From assembly GCA_021813445.1 (NCBI GenBank), contig JAKAKP010000147.1, positions 1,285 to 65,284 on the forward strand: a DNA stretch of 64,000 bases, written 5' to 3'. Source of the stretch: Deltaproteobacteria bacterium. Lineage in GTDB: Bacteria; Desulfobacterota; Desulfobaccia; Desulfobaccales; 0-14-0-80-60-11. The notes beneath the pieces are model-generated. The model was not told where the DNA came from, made no database searches, and saw only the letters and a list, made by a program, of their open reading frames with translations. The position numbers and the translations under genes are program-made. Position 1 is the first letter of the stretch; the number at the start of each line of letters is the position of its first letter. Below are positions 1-11,041 of this stretch, in pieces.

Positions 1-2876
1 AGGGTGGACATGGCAATGGGCCGCATCCGGTTTTTCCCGGCCAAAATCAAGGCGGTATGCCGATCCAGGTCCCGGGGTAAGGCATGGTATTCGGAGAAGT
101 AAAAGATGGCCACTTCGGTGACGATACCCACGATCATGGTCAGGCCCATCATGGAGGAGATGTTCAACTCCGTGCCGGTGAGCCAGAGGCCGATAAATAC
201 GGCGCTGAGAGCCAGAAGCGTGGTGCCCAGAATGGCGATGGCGCCCAGGAAGCGTTCATAAAGAAACAGCAGCAAGGCAAAGACCAGGACCACCGCGGCC
301 GCAAATACCACCAAAAGACCGGCAAAAGCAATCTGCTGCTGGGCATAGAGGCCGCCCAAGCGGAAGTACACGCCAGCCGGAAGCAGGCCCGGCTGCCCCA
401 GTGCGGCTTTCACGTCCCGGATCACCGAACCCAGATCCCGGCCGCTGATCCGCCCGGTGACCGCCACCATCCGCTTCAGATTGTCCCGGGTGATCTGGGG
501 TTGGCCGGTGATCACGGTGAGCTTGGCGATGCGCCGGAGGGGGAAGAAGTGCCCGTCCGGAGCCCGCAGATGCAAACGTTCCAGGTCGCGGGCGGTGCGG
601 CGGCTCCCGGGGGGCGTCCAGACCCGCACCCCCACCATTTTCGGGCCTTGTTGAATCTGGGTGGTGACCACGCCGGTCATAAAATCGGCCACCATGCAGG
701 TAACCTCATCGGGGTTGACTCCCTCCAAGGAAGCCTTATCCCGGTTCACTCGGATATCCAGGGCGTCTCCCGCCAGGACGATGCCGTCCGTGACATCCAC
801 TACCCCGGGAATCTTGCTGATGGCGGCGGCCACCCGGGGGGCCAGTTTTTGCAGGAGGCCGCCGCGGTCGGAAAAGATTTTGATCTCGATGGGCTGGGGC
901 ACTGCGGTCAGATCACCGATCAAATCTTCCATCAATTGGGCCATTTCCACATGCAGACCAGGGACCGCTTGTTCGACGCGCCGCCGCACCTCGTCCATGA
1001 CGGTTTCAATGGGTTTGCGAGGGAAAGGTTTGAGGCGGACAAAGAAATCCCCTTCATTGGCCTCGGTGAGGCCGACGCTGCCCAGCCCCAGGCCGGTGCG
1101 CCGGGAATAGGTGTCCACCTCCGGGATTTTCTGCAAGATCGCCTCCACCTGGCGGCACAGGCGGTCGGTCTCGATAAGGGAAGTGCCGGGCGGGGCATGG
1201 TAATCGATGACGAAACCGCCCTCGTCCATCTTGGGCATAAAACCGGAACCCAGGTGCTGATAAGCCAGCCAGCCTAAGGCCAGCAGGGGCACAATGCCCA
1301 GCAGGACCAGCCAGCGGCGTTTAAGAAGACGGTCCATCAAGGCGTCATAGGCCAGGTAGCAGCGCATGGTCCAGACGCCGCCGTCCTCGTGCCTGGCATC
1401 CTCGGGCCGCAGCAGGTGCGCGGCCAGAAGCGGCACGGCCAGCCAGGCCATCAGAAAGGAGATGATCAGGCTGGCCGCCATGGTCAGGGAGAGGGACTTG
1501 AAAAAGGCGCCGGTGACCCCGGAGAGAAAGGCCATGGGGGTAAAGATGATGATGGTGGCTGCCGACGATCCCGACAGGGGTTGGAAGAATTCCTGCATCG
1601 CCGCCATGACGCTTACGCGGTGGTGTGCCTCTGATTGGCGCAACCGCCGCACGATCTGCTCTTCCATGACGATCATGTCGTCGATGATCAGCCCCACCGC
1701 CGCGGCCATGCCCCCCAGGGTCATGATGTTAAAGCTCAGGTGCAGCACGTAGAGGAGCAGGATGGCGGCCCCCAGGACGCAAGGCACAATGACCGCGGCA
1801 ATGAAGGTCATGCGCAGATTACGCAGAAAGAGCCAGAGAATCAGGACCGCGCAAAGGACGCCGATGAGGATGGCGTCCCGGACGCTGCCCGCGGACGCCA
1901 GGATCAACCGGCTCTGGTCGTACCAGTTGGCGATGGTGACCCCCGCCGGCAGGTGGGGGCGGAAGCCGGCCAGCTCCTGCTTGATATCCCTGGCGATCTG
2001 CACCGTGTTGCCGCCGGGTTGCTGATAGACTTGAAAGATTACGGCGTCGCGGCCGTCGGCGGTGACCCTGGTCCATTGAGGAGCCGTGGCCGCAGTGACC
2101 CGGGCGATATCCTCCAGGCGCACCAGGCCATCTTTGCCTGAGCGCAGGATAGTCTGGCCGATTTGTTTCAGATTGTGAAAGCGGGTGTCGGAAACCACCA
2201 GGTAGAGTTTATAATGGTCTTCCAGACGGCCCACGGCGGTGATAATATTGGCGGCGGAAACGGCCTTGGCGACTTCGTCCAGGGAGAGATGAAAGCTGGC
2301 CAACCGGGCCGGATCGACCACCACGTGGTATTCCAACCGGGCCCCGCCCCCCACCCCCACCCGGGACACGCCGGGCACTGCGGAAAGCAAAGGCCGCAAT
2401 TGATACAGGGCGATGTCCCGCAACTCCACCAAGGAATGAGTCTTCGAGGTCAGGCTGTAGGCCAGCACCGGGAAAACCGTGGGGTCCATGCGCCGCACCC
2501 GGAAAGCGGTGCCGGCAGGCAGCGCAGCCCTTACCTGATTAATGGCCGATTCCACCTGGAGCATGGCAGCCATCATGTCCTGGCCCCAGTTGAAATTAAC
2601 CGAGATGTCGGCGCTGCCCCGGCTGGTGGTAGAGCGGATCTCCCCCACGCCGGGAACGGCGCGGATGGCCTCTTCCACCGGATAGGTGACCTCCACGGCC
2701 ATTCTCTCGGCGGGCCGGTCCCCTGCGTCCAGGCTCACTTCGAGGCGGGGGAAATTGACCCGGGGAAAGAGGGCCACCGGCAGGCTGAAACTGCTGACCA
2801 AGCCGCCCACGGCCATAACCGCCACCAGGAAGAGGATGGAACGGCGGTGCGCTTGAACCCACTCGGTTACCGTCAC
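1..2876 (-). CDS. RND efflux permease (CusA/CzcA/AcrB superfamily), 3' end outside window
   Basis: GTG start overlaps the MFP stop (GTGA). Manual translation MTVTEWVQAHRRSILFLVAVMAVGGLVSSFSLPVALFP... with later TLGGMAAAVGLIIDDMIVMEE, typical of RND pumps. Absent from the ORF track because it has no stop in the window. Confidence 0.9.
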   Translation of the reverse strand, partial: MTVTEWVQAHRRSILFLVAVMAVGGLVSSFSLPVALFPRVNFPRLEVSLDAGDRPAERMAVEVTYPVEEAIRAVPGVGEIRSTTSRGSADISVNFNWGQDMMAAMLQVESAINQVRAALPAGTAFRVRRMDPTVFPVLAYSLTSKTHSLVELRDIALYQLRPLLSAVPGVSRVGVGGGARLEYHVVVDPARLASFHLSLDEVAKAVSAANIITAVGRLEDHYKLYLVVSDTRFHNLKQIGQTILRSGKDGLVRLEDIARVTAATAPQWTRVTADGRDAVIFQVYQQPGGNTVQIARDIKQELAGFRPHLPAGVTIANWYDQSRLILASAGSVRDAILIGVLCAVLILWLFLRNLRMTFIAAVIVPCVLGAAILLLYVLHLSFNIMTLGGMAAAVGLIIDDMIVMEEQIVRRLRQSEAHHRVSVMAAMQEFFQPLSGSSAATIIIFTPMAFLSGVTGAFFKSLSLTMAASLIISFLMAWLAVPLLAAHLLRPEDARHEDGGVWTMRCYLAYDALMDRLLKRRWLVLLGIVPLLALGWLAYQHLGSGFMPKMDEGGFVIDYHAPPGTSLIETDRLCRQVEAILQKIPEVDTYSRRTGLGLGSVGLTEANEGDFFVRLKPFPRKPIETVMDEVRRRVEQAVPGLHVEMAQLMEDLIGDLTAVPQPIEIKIFSDRGGLLQKLAPRVAAAISKIPGVVDVTDGIVLAGDALDIRVNRDKASLEGVNPDEVTCMVADFMTGVVTTQIQQGPKMVGVRVWTPPGSRRTARDLERLHLRAPDGHFFPLRRIAKLTVITGQPQITRDNLKRMVAVTGRISGRDLGSVIRDVKAALGQPGLLPAGVYFRLGGLYAQQQIAFAGLLVVFAAAVVLVFALLLFLYERFLGAIAILGTTLLALSAVFIGLWLTGTELNISSMMGLTMIVGIVTEVAIFYFSEYHALPRDLDRHTALILAGKNRMRPIAMST

Positions 2877-3952
2877 GGCCCCGGCTCCACTTTCACTTTC
2901 ATGCCATCTTTGAGTTCGTAATTACCCAGCACCACCACCGGCTCCCCGGGCCTCAAGCCGGTCCCTTTGACTTCCACTTCCCGGTCGTTCCCCGGCCCCA
3001 GCTCCACCAAATGCTTCACTGCCGCACCATTATTTAAGGTGAACAGACTATGGCTGCGGCCTTCCGGAAGGACGGCGGCGCGGGGCACAATTAATCCATG
3101 GACGGCAGCTACGGCTATTTCCCCGGAGATGGACTCTCCCAACAGGAAATTCGTGGCGGCCGGCAGAGAGACGAAGACGTCCACCAGGTGCGTGGCCGGA
3201 TTGACGCCGTAGGAGACCTTACGGATATGACCGGTAACCCGCGGAGTCCCAGGGACATTCACCCTGGTCAAGGACACCGGCTGGCGGGGCGCCACCCGGT
3301 TGATGGCATCCGCTTCCAGCCCCAGCCGCACTTCCAGGCGATTTTGCGCCACGATTTCCAGCAAGGGGTTGCCGGCCGGAACAATGGCCCCTTCCTGGGC
3401 GAACACTTTCTTAATTAAACCTCCCACATCGGCATGAATGATGCGGGGAGCCCCAACGCCGCGCTTTTTCAGGCTCTCCAGGCGGGATTGGGCCTGTTGC
3501 AAGGCCTGTTTGGCCTGGAGCACCTGGTCATTGGTGGCCAGCTTCAGTTCAAACTTGCGTTCCATATAGCCCAGGCTTTGCCTGGCCAGGTCATACGCCT
3601 GGCCGGCCTGCTCCAGTTGCAGGGCGGTATCGGGGCTGGGCTTAATCTCCAGGAGATCGTTGCCCTTGGAAACCTTCTGACCCTGGTTGACCATGATCCG
3701 CACCACCTGGCTCTCAAACGGCACGGACACGGTCTGCACCGCGCCCGGGGCCGGGATGACTGTGCCGTAGGCGGCGATATATTCATTAATGGTTCCTTCC
3801 CTGATGGGCGCGGTCCGCACCTGGGCCACCGGCCCCGCGGCTTTGCCGGCGGCTTCCCGGCCCGGCCCTCTCGCCTGGCGCCAGCGCCAGAGGCCCACCG
3901 CCAGGAGCAGCAAAATTATGGCCAAGATAGCAAAGGTTCTTCCCCGTTTCAT
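2873..3952 (-). CDS. RND efflux periplasmic adaptor (MFP)
   Basis: N-terminal membrane anchor, lipoyl/hairpin segments, C-terminal GLRPGEPVVVLG; lies between TolC and RND genes. Confidence 0.9.
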   Translation of the reverse strand: MKRGRTFAILAIILLLLAVGLWRWRQARGPGREAAGKAAGPVAQVRTAPIREGTINEYIAAYGTVIPAPGAVQTVSVPFESQVVRIMVNQGQKVSKGNDLLEIKPSPDTALQLEQAGQAYDLARQSLGYMERKFELKLATNDQVLQAKQALQQAQSRLESLKKRGVGAPRIIHADVGGLIKKVFAQEGAIVPAGNPLLEIVAQNRLEVRLGLEADAINRVAPRQPVSLTRVNVPGTPRVTGHIRKVSYGVNPATHLVDVFVSLPAATNFLLGESISGEIAVAAVHGLIVPRAAVLPEGRSHSLFTLNNGAAVKHLVELGPGNDREVEVKGTGLRPGEPVVVLGNYELKDGMKVKVEPGP

Positions 3953-5322
3953 TATGGCACCGCCTTGTTGGTTCCGTCTCCCAGGTACTCGCCCGCGGCG
4001 ATTTCCAGGGCAATGCGCTGGTCGGCCAGATTCCGCTTCAGTTTGAGCAGCTCCAACTGCCGGGCGATCAGCTCGTCCCGGGCGTTGTAGTAGCTGATGA
4101 CATCGGCGTTGCCCTCCAACAGGGCGTGGTGGTAGGTCTGCACCAGGTTGCTCAGGGTGGGGATGGATTGTTCCGTGGTTTTGATCTGCCGGCTCAGTGC
4201 GGCCATATCGGCCAGGAGCCGCGCGACGTCGGCCCGGGCGGTAAAAAGCCGGCTGACGTATTCGTCAAAGAGCCTTTGCCGGGTCGCCTTTTCCATGGCG
4301 ATACGTCCCTGGTTGCGGTCAAAGATGGGCAGATCGATGGTCACTGCAAAACCGGTGGTAATAACGTGAGTGGTGTCGCTGGCATGGGCAAAGCCGATAT
4401 TGATTTTGGGAACCTGGGCCAGAATCGCCGCCCGGAGGCGCTCTTCCTGGCTCTGATAGCCCATCTTCAGGGCCAGCAGGTCCAAGCGCCGTTCCTCCAG
4501 GTTCCGGCTGATATCCTGCAAGGAAGGAAGCGTCTGCGGCGAAGGAGGGTCCAGGTGCGCCGCCAGGGGCACTTGCTGCTCGGGCGGCAAGCCCAAGGTC
4601 CGGTTCAGGGCCAGGCGCTCCTGCTCCCCCTGCTGCTCGATGGTCTGCACCTGGAGGTGGACCTTTTGCAAGGACGCCTGGGCCGCGGACAGGTTGATAA
4701 TGGTGACATAGCCCAGGTCCAGGGCGCGTTTGACCGTGGCGGCATTATCTTCCAAGCCCTTTTCTTCGTCTCTGGCCACCGTTAGTTGCCGGTCCAGGAG
4801 GGCCAGTCGGTATACCTGCAGCCGGGCCGCCTGGGCTATCTGCCATTCCTGCCAGGCCACGTCCAGGTCCACTGCCGCGGCCTGTTTCCGGGCCGCGGCC
4901 ATTTTGGCGCTCCGGGTCAGGAGAGAAACAATATCCCAACTCAATCCCAGGCCGTAGCCCTTGACGGTCCCCTGGGTGGCCCCGGCCATGGGGATATCTA
5001 GGCTATAAGAGAACTGAGGGTTGGGCAGAATCCCCGCCTGGAGGAGCTGGGCCTGGGCCAGGCCCTTCTGGTCCCGCAGGGCCCGGAGCTGCGGGTTGAC
5101 GATCACCGCCAGGATAGCCGCCTCGTCCGGTGAAAGCCCGTCCCGCAGATCGAAGTTTACCGGCCGCAGCAGGGGATGGTGACTCTGGGAGGCCTGAAGG
5201 GCAACCATCTCCAAGGCCGGCGGCGTCAAGGCCCGGTCCACCGCGGTCTTATCGAGCGGCATCGGGTGGTAGGTAGCGCAGCCGCTGAGCATCAGGATCA
5301 GGAACAGGAGTAATTTGCTCAT
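3952..5322 (-). CDS. TolC-family outer membrane efflux lipoprotein
   Basis: Lipobox LSGC after ATG 5322; PNPQF and LPIFDRNQG motifs. Confidence 0.9.
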   Translation of the reverse strand: MSKLLLFLILMLSGCATYHPMPLDKTAVDRALTPPALEMVALQASQSHHPLLRPVNFDLRDGLSPDEAAILAVIVNPQLRALRDQKGLAQAQLLQAGILPNPQFSYSLDIPMAGATQGTVKGYGLGLSWDIVSLLTRSAKMAAARKQAAAVDLDVAWQEWQIAQAARLQVYRLALLDRQLTVARDEEKGLEDNAATVKRALDLGYVTIINLSAAQASLQKVHLQVQTIEQQGEQERLALNRTLGLPPEQQVPLAAHLDPPSPQTLPSLQDISRNLEERRLDLLALKMGYQSQEERLRAAILAQVPKINIGFAHASDTTHVITTGFAVTIDLPIFDRNQGRIAMEKATRQRLFDEYVSRLFTARADVARLLADMAALSRQIKTTEQSIPTLSNLVQTYHHALLEGNADVISYYNARDELIARQLELLKLKRNLADQRIALEIAAGEYLGDGTNKAVP

Positions 5323-5405
5323 ATCAAAACCGATTAAAGAGCTACGCCATATCCAAAAACGCACGTGCATCCGCCGCAATTATGATGTTCCCCATCATTT
5401 CAGCC

Positions 5406-5978
5406 TCATTCCTCCTCTTTCTGTTTATGATAGGAACGAAAGCTATAAAAAACCATCCCTCCCCAGAGAAGCAGAATAAACAAGGGTTCCCCCAGGGCCA
5501 CCGGCAACACCCGGCCGGCGATCAGGGTCGCTTTCGGTTGCACCTCAAAAGGCACCAGATCGCTGACGATGGGCCGGTTTTCCCGGGGGTCCACCACGGT
5601 CAGAGCCACTCCGTATTTGCCCGCGGCGATGAGGCGCATGCCCCAGGGGCGATAATCCGAAGCGCCTGGATTCAACCGGTCCAAGCGCAGCGCCTTCTGG
5701 GCCGACCAGTCCTCCAGGTCCACCGGATGTTCATCGCCGGGCGCCAGGGATACCAGGGAGAGGTAGACCACCAGCCCCTGCGCCGGCTGCCGGCCGAGGT
5801 TGGTAACCACCCCGAGAAAATTGGGGGTGTCTCCCATCTGCAAGCCCCCCGCCGGGGGGTGCAAGGTCACTTTAAGAGCCGGACCATCGCCGGCCGCGGC
5901 CGGGGCCGCGCTGGCAGCCAGCCAGACACCGGCTGCCAACATGATCAGGGCCAAGTTCTTCCAGACTGGAAATTTCAT
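5406..5978 (-). CDS. Exported/membrane-anchored hypothetical protein of the ABC exporter operon
   Basis: Signal peptide, beta-rich domain, C-terminal TM helix; overlaps the upstream gene. Confidence 0.7.
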   Translation of the reverse strand: MKFPVWKNLALIMLAAGVWLAASAAPAAAGDGPALKVTLHPPAGGLQMGDTPNFLGVVTNLGRQPAQGLVVYLSLVSLAPGDEHPVDLEDWSAQKALRLDRLNPGASDYRPWGMRLIAAGKYGVALTVVDPRENRPIVSDLVPFEVQPKATLIAGRVLPVALGEPLFILLLWGGMVFYSFRSYHKQKEEE

Positions 5979-6727
5979 GGCTCAAGCCTCCTGGTAGCCG
6001 ACCGCAAGAACCAGAGGACGGCCAGGGAATAGCAGCCCATGATGGTCAGCCGGGCAAGTTGCCAGGACAGTCCCTGGCTGTCGATGATGACGCTGTCCAG
6101 GGTGTTCAAGGCCGCCGCCAGGGGGTTGGCCAGATCCAGCATCCGCCCTACGGCGCTCTGCCTGAGGGAGGGTCCCAGGACCATGGGGCTGCCCAGGAGC
6201 AGCAGGGCGGCCAATCCCAGGGACAGAACACTTTTGAAGCTCCTCATTTTCGCTGACAGGGCCAGGGCCGCGCCTCCGAACAAAAGCACCATTAAGGTTC
6301 CGGTAAGGAACAGGTATTGCACTGCGGGCAGGAGATTTTGCCCGGCGCTGCCCACCGCCCAAACGTAAGGGAGCGCCAAAATAAAAAGAGCCAGCCAGGA
6401 ACACAACAGGCCGCACAGCTTGGCCGCGGCCAAGCCGCGCCCGGTAATGGGGGCCAGCAAGAGTGGTTCCAGGGTCTCCCGGTCCCGCTCCCCGGCAAAA
6501 CCGTCGCTGCCCCGGATCACCGCCACCAAAGCCGCCAGGGCGATAACGATGCCGGCCATCAGATAAACCGCCTGGGCGTTATCCAGCAAGCTCAGCTCGG
6601 TATTGCTGACCAGCAGGACGGCAAAGGCGCTCAGGACCAGGGCGGCCAGCAACAGGAAAACTCCTCCCCGGCTGGCCTTGAAGTCCTCCTGAAATTCCCG
6701 CTTGATCAAGGGGAGCAAGGCATTCAC
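5975..6727 (-). CDS. ABC-2 type transporter permease
   Basis: Multiple TM helices; FAGERDRETLEPLLLAP motif. Confidence 0.88.
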   Translation of the reverse strand: MNALLPLIKREFQEDFKASRGGVFLLLAALVLSAFAVLLVSNTELSLLDNAQAVYLMAGIVIALAALVAVIRGSDGFAGERDRETLEPLLLAPITGRGLAAAKLCGLLCSWLALFILALPYVWAVGSAGQNLLPAVQYLFLTGTLMVLLFGGAALALSAKMRSFKSVLSLGLAALLLLGSPMVLGPSLRQSAVGRMLDLANPLAAALNTLDSVIIDSQGLSWQLARLTIMGCYSLAVLWFLRSATRRLEP

Positions 6728-7629
6728 ACCGCACCTCCCATAGTATGGTCCAGATAGAGATCTTCGAGGCCGCCGGAGACCGCCGTGGCCTCAATAATCG
6801 GGAGTCCGCCCAAAACCAGGGTCTTAATGGCTTCTGCAGGCGAGCCATCTTCTATCCTGCAAGTGATCCAACTATCCTGGCGCTCCAGTAAAGCCACACC
6901 GGGGAAATTCCAGGGTGAGGGAACCTCATTACCGTCCCCCAGGTGAAAGCGATAGCGCTTCCCCTGGGCGGCCTCTAAATGCACCGGTCCTTCATACTGC
7001 ACCTGGCCGTGATCCAGGATGGCGATGCGGTTGCACAACCGCTCCACGTCGTCCAGGATATGGGTGGAAATCATAATAGTCAGTCTTTTCTGCCGGTTAA
7101 GTTGTAAGAGGAGATCATGAATCTCCCGGCGTCCCCGGGGGTCCAGGCCATTGGTAGGCTCATCCAGAAAGAGAACTTCCGGGTCATTGATCATGGCCCG
7201 GGCAATACCCAGGCGCTGTTTCATACCCCGGGAGAAGGTCCGGACAGGGCGGGGATCATCAGGGTCCAGCCCCACCTGCCGCATCCGGGCGCGGCAATCG
7301 CCGCCGGAACCCATGCCGTAAAGTTCTGCGAAAAAGTCCAAGTAGGGCCTGGCCGGCATCCAGCCATACAGACCGTGGGATTCCGGCAAGGCATTGACCC
7401 GCCGCCGCAGCGCCGGGCCGGAGGTTGCCGGGTCCAGGCCCAACACGCTGACCTTGCCTCTCTCCCGGGAAATAATTCCCAGGAGAATGCGCAGCGTGGT
7501 GGTCTTGCCGGAGCCGTTGGGCCCCAGGAAGCCGTAAATATCTCCCCGGTTCACCTTCATGGAAACGCGGTGCAGCACCGGTCGGCCGTCAAAGCTCTTT
7601 TGCAACTCTTGAATCTCTATGGCAGGCAT
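6724..7629 (-). CDS. ABC transporter ATP-binding protein
   Basis: Walker A GPNGSGKTT, signature FSRGMKQR, Walker B LFLDEPT. Confidence 0.95.
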   Translation of the reverse strand: MPAIEIQELQKSFDGRPVLHRVSMKVNRGDIYGFLGPNGSGKTTTLRILLGIISRERGKVSVLGLDPATSGPALRRRVNALPESHGLYGWMPARPYLDFFAELYGMGSGGDCRARMRQVGLDPDDPRPVRTFSRGMKQRLGIARAMINDPEVLFLDEPTNGLDPRGRREIHDLLLQLNRQKRLTIMISTHILDDVERLCNRIAILDHGQVQYEGPVHLEAAQGKRYRFHLGDGNEVPSPWNFPGVALLERQDSWITCRIEDGSPAEAIKTLVLGGLPIIEATAVSGGLEDLYLDHTMGGAV

Positions 7630-7691
7630 GGCAACCTCTGCAAAGATTACCGGGGGCTTAAGATCATCCTGAGCCCCCGGAAGGTTGGAGG

Positions 7692-8105
7692 TTAGTCTTC
7701 TTCATCACGTCCTTCGCGGCCTTCGTGCCCTTCTTTGCCGGCCGGCTCCTGGTGGAGGATGCTGCCGTTGCCGGCATCAACTTTCACATCCATGCCGTTG
7801 CTCAGGTCAACGCTGTACATCAGGCAGCCGTTTTCGTTGTCCAGTTCCACTTTTTTCACCTGGGCGCCGGGAAAGGCGGCTTGGGCCGCGGCCATGGCCT
7901 GATCGGCCTTGATCTTGGCCAGGGTGGACAGGTCCGCGGGTTCAGGTTGCGGCACTTTGATGCTGCAGGTGTAGGCCGGTACCTGTTTCTGGCCCTGTTG
8001 CTGGGCGCCACCCGGAGCCGCAGCCCAGGCTACCTGGCCGGCGGCTTCGGCTAACAACAGGGCCAGGGCCAGGCTTGCTCCCTTCCAAAAGGCACTGTTT
8101 TTCAT
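7692..8105 (-). CDS. PepSY-domain periplasmic protein
   Basis: Signal peptide; KKVELDNENG...YSV...VKVDAGNGSIL PepSY pattern; GGAGG RBS. Confidence 0.85.
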   Translation of the reverse strand: MKNSAFWKGASLALALLLAEAAGQVAWAAAPGGAQQQGQKQVPAYTCSIKVPQPEPADLSTLAKIKADQAMAAAQAAFPGAQVKKVELDNENGCLMYSVDLSNGMDVKVDAGNGSILHQEPAGKEGHEGREGRDEED

Positions 8106-8145
8106 ATCTCGCACCTCCTTTTTGCAATCATCATAAGCAAACAGG

Positions 8146-8183
8146 ATTGCCGGAACCTTTCCCTAAGATTACAAATAAGTAAT
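8146..8183 (-). promoter_or_regulatory. Putative CusR/OmpR-type operator
   Basis: ATTAC-N6-GTAAT palindrome at 8168-8183 plus GTAA/GAAA/GCAA units at 11 bp spacing; same layout at about 8900-8937 and 30659-30697. Confidence 0.6.
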
Positions 8184-8324
8184 GATGGCGTTTGCCGGTG
8201 GAAAGAAATAAAGGCTATATTTCTAAGCGGTTGCCGTAAAAAGCGCAAGGGGCCGGAAACTTTGACGCTTCCGGCCCCCTGGATTGAGAAGATGGCTATT
8301 GGCCATAGGCGAAGCCCCCGACAG

Positions 8325-8849
8325 TTACCTCCCGAACATGCTGACATCCTTGGCGGCCTTCCAGTCCGGCAGGATGTCGCCGTTTTGGCCATGGACCGAT
8401 ATCTCGGTGATGACCGCACCCTGGTAAAGCAAGGGCACTTTCCATTCCCCCTGTTTTCCCAGCCAGGCGGACCCTGCCTGGAAGTTGGGCAGGATTTTCT
8501 GGACCGCGGCTGCGGCTTGCTCGGGAGCAACCGATAGTTTCTGGACTTCCAGCTTCTGTCCTTTTACCAGGACCTCCCCGGTCAGGGGGTTCAGTCTTAC
8601 CCGCCCCACCACTTTGTCCTGCCACTTCAGGGGAACTTCCAGCTTGATGTCTCCCCTCTTCCCCTGTTTGGTAAAGGGCTTGCCGAGGCTCAGTTGGGGC
8701 AGGGCGGAGGCGACCGCAGCTTTGGCTTGCTCCGCGGTAACGGTGGGTTGGATTTGATAGGCTTGCCCCTTGTCCTTCTTGGCATAAGCGGGTAAGCTCA
8801 CCATGAGAACCATAGTCAGGATACCCCCCCAGGCTGATGCGGTTTTCAT
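8325..8849 (-). CDS. Periplasmic protein with two PepSY-like repeats
   Basis: Signal peptide; repeated VTAEQAKAAV / VAPEQAAAAV modules; AGGAGG RBS. Confidence 0.75.
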   Translation of the reverse strand: MKTASAWGGILTMVLMVSLPAYAKKDKGQAYQIQPTVTAEQAKAAVASALPQLSLGKPFTKQGKRGDIKLEVPLKWQDKVVGRVRLNPLTGEVLVKGQKLEVQKLSVAPEQAAAAVQKILPNFQAGSAWLGKQGEWKVPLLYQGAVITEISVHGQNGDILPDWKAAKDVSMFGR

Positions 8850-8982
8850 ATAAGCTCCTCCTTTTTACCTGATATTCTGGATGATGCTATACCATGAGAA
8901 ATATTACCAGAACCTTGCCACAACATTACAAATCAGTGAGGTTGATTGGTGCGAGGGGATAAGGGAATCGAGGAGCGGAAAA

Positions 8983-10377
8983 TTATCGGGGCAAAGCAAT
9001 TTCAAAGATGGAGCCGGCGCCGGGAGTGCTGGTAACCAACACCCGGCCGCCATGCGCCTCAATAATGGCCTTTACCAGGCTCAATCCCAGCCCTAGGCCT
9101 CGCTGCGACCTGCTTTTGTCCCCCCGATACAGGCGATCCCAGATCCGGGGTAGATCTTCCGGCGAAATCCCCACCCCCGTATCCTGGAAGGCAACTATGG
9201 CCTCCCTGTCCGCCTCCCTGGCCTTCACTTCAACGCGCCCACCTGCGGGGGTGTACTTCAGGGCATTATCCAGCAGGTTGGCCAGGGCCTGGCGGAGACG
9301 GTTCTCATCGGCAGCTACCCAGAGCTCCATAGGATAGTCATTTATAACTGTGATCCGCTTCTCTTCGGCCACATAACGGTAAAGGTCTAAGACGTCTTCC
9401 AGCAGCCCGGCAAGATTGACTCGAGCCTTTTTAAGCGGTAGCGTCCCCGTCTCCGCCTCGGCAATATCCATCAGGGTGTTCAGCATGGTAAGGATTCGTT
9501 CGGATTCCTCCAGGCAATCACCCAGGGCTTCCCGGCAGGCTGCCGGGTCTTCCGGGCTTTGCAACGCCATCTCGGCAGTACCACGCATCCTGGTTATGGG
9601 AGTGCGGAGATCATGGGCCACATTGTCCAGGGTGCCCTTCATGCCTTTGATCAAGGCCTCGATTTTCTCCAGCATCCGGTTGAAGAGCCGGGCCAGTTCT
9701 CCGAGTTCATCCCCGGAGGGGGTGGCCGGCATGCGCGCTTCAACATCGCCCGTCTCGGTGATGGTTCGGACCGTCCGGATGAGCTGCCGGATGGGACGCA
9801 AGGCCCGGGAGGCCAGAAATTGCCCTCCCAAAAAACCCAGGAGGATAACCGGTAGCATGACCCCGACAAAGATGCCGCGGAAGGTTTCTAAAAAATCCTC
9901 CCGGCTTTCAGTGTCCTTGCCCACCTGGAGGATAAAGCCGTCGGCGAGCCGCAGCGAGACAATCTCCAAAACGTTTTCATCATGCCGGGCCCTAAGATGC
10001 ATCCAGATCTGGCCGCTGGGGGGTGTGCCATCCAGGGGCGCCAGGTCGAAATCGGCCCATTGATCGGGCAGGCTCAAGAACAGCGTCCGGTTATGCGGTC
10101 CTGCCAGGCGCACGAAGTACTCCTGCCGTTTGCCGCCATATTTTTGAAACTTGATCTCGTTTCTCAGGGCGATGATGCCCCCCGCCTGGTATTGCGTCTG
10201 GTAGTCCTTGAGTTTGCCCAAGATCGCTTCCTGGTCTTTTTGGCGCAGGGAGTTGGCCAGAAACAGATAGGCAGTAACAAACAGGACCAGGGAGCTGATG
10301 ACAAAGATGGCCGAGTACCACAGGGTCAGGCGGAAGCTGAGGGTTTGGCGGAGTTGCCTAAGAGGTTTTAAGAACAT
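8983..10377 (-). CDS. Sensor histidine kinase (CusS-like; HAMP, HisKA, HATPase)
   Basis: VAHDLRTP H-box, [10 protein letters not shown]-box, DTGVGI and GLGLGL G-boxes. Confidence 0.95.
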   Translation of the reverse strand: MFLKPLRQLRQTLSFRLTLWYSAIFVISSLVLFVTAYLFLANSLRQKDQEAILGKLKDYQTQYQAGGIIALRNEIKFQKYGGKRQEYFVRLAGPHNRTLFLSLPDQWADFDLAPLDGTPPSGQIWMHLRARHDENVLEIVSLRLADGFILQVGKDTESREDFLETFRGIFVGVMLPVILLGFLGGQFLASRALRPIRQLIRTVRTITETGDVEARMPATPSGDELGELARLFNRMLEKIEALIKGMKGTLDNVAHDLRTPITRMRGTAEMALQSPEDPAACREALGDCLEESERILTMLNTLMDIAEAETGTLPLKKARVNLAGLLEDVLDLYRYVAEEKRITVINDYPMELWVAADENRLRQALANLLDNALKYTPAGGRVEVKAREADREAIVAFQDTGVGISPEDLPRIWDRLYRGDKSRSQRGLGLGLSLVKAIIEAHGGRVLVTSTPGAGSIFEIALPR

Positions 10378-11041
10378 AGCCCACCCCCCGGATAGTTTGA
10401 ATCATCTTGACTTCGAAATCCCGGTCCACCTTGTTGCGTAACCGGCAAATCAAAACGTCCACAACGTTGGTCTGGGGGTCGAAGCTATAGTCCCAGATAT
10501 GCTCCAGGATCATGGTCTTGGAAACCACCCGGCCCGCCTGGCGCATCAGGTATTCCAGCAGGGCGAACTCCCGGGGCTGCAAATCTATCTTTTCGCCGCC
10601 CCTAACCACCTCTCGGGTCAGCAAATCCAGGACGAGGTCCCCGGTTGCCAGCCGGGTGGGGTGGGTCGCAGCCGCGCCGCCTCCTGCCCGACGGATGAGG
10701 GCTTGCACCCGGGCCAGGAGTTCGGCAAAGGCAAAGGGCTTCGTGAGGTAATCGTCGCCGCCGGTTTGGAGGCCCCTGACCCGATCATCCACCGAGCGTT
10801 TGGCGCTGAGGATAATCACCGGCGTCTGCACCTGCTGCTGCCGCAACTCCTGGATCAGGCTCAAGCCGTCCCGCTGGGGCAGCATAATGTCAATGACCGC
10901 CGCGTCATAAGGCTCGGTCAGGGCCAGATGCAGGCCGTCTTCGCCATCGGCCGCATGATCCACCGCAAAGCCGGCCTGTTCCAATCCCTTGACTACAAAG
11001 GCAGCGATCTTAGCATCATCTTCCACCACCAAGACCCGCAT
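10358..11041 (-). CDS. OmpR-family response regulator (CusR/CzcR-like)
   Basis: Receiver domain ([13 protein letters not shown]) and winged helix ([16 protein letters not shown]). Confidence 0.95.
   Translation of the reverse strand: MRVLVVEDDAKIAAFVVKGLEQAGFAVDHAADGEDGLHLALTEPYDAAVIDIMLPQRDGLSLIQELRQQQVQTPVIILSAKRSVDDRVRGLQTGGDDYLTKPFAFAELLARVQALIRRAGGGAAATHPTRLATGDLVLDLLTREVVRGGEKIDLQPREFALLEYLMRQAGRVVSKTMILEHIWDYSFDPQTNVVDVLICRLRNKVDRDFEVKMIQTIRGVGYVLKTS

Noticed and set aside
84-2921. Long + strand ORFs (84-1277, 2163-2921 and others)
   Set aside because: Antisense shadows of the GC-rich RND gene on the minus strand. The same applies to many track ORFs opposite real genes, e.g. 38707-40299, 44329-45732 and 62022-63284.
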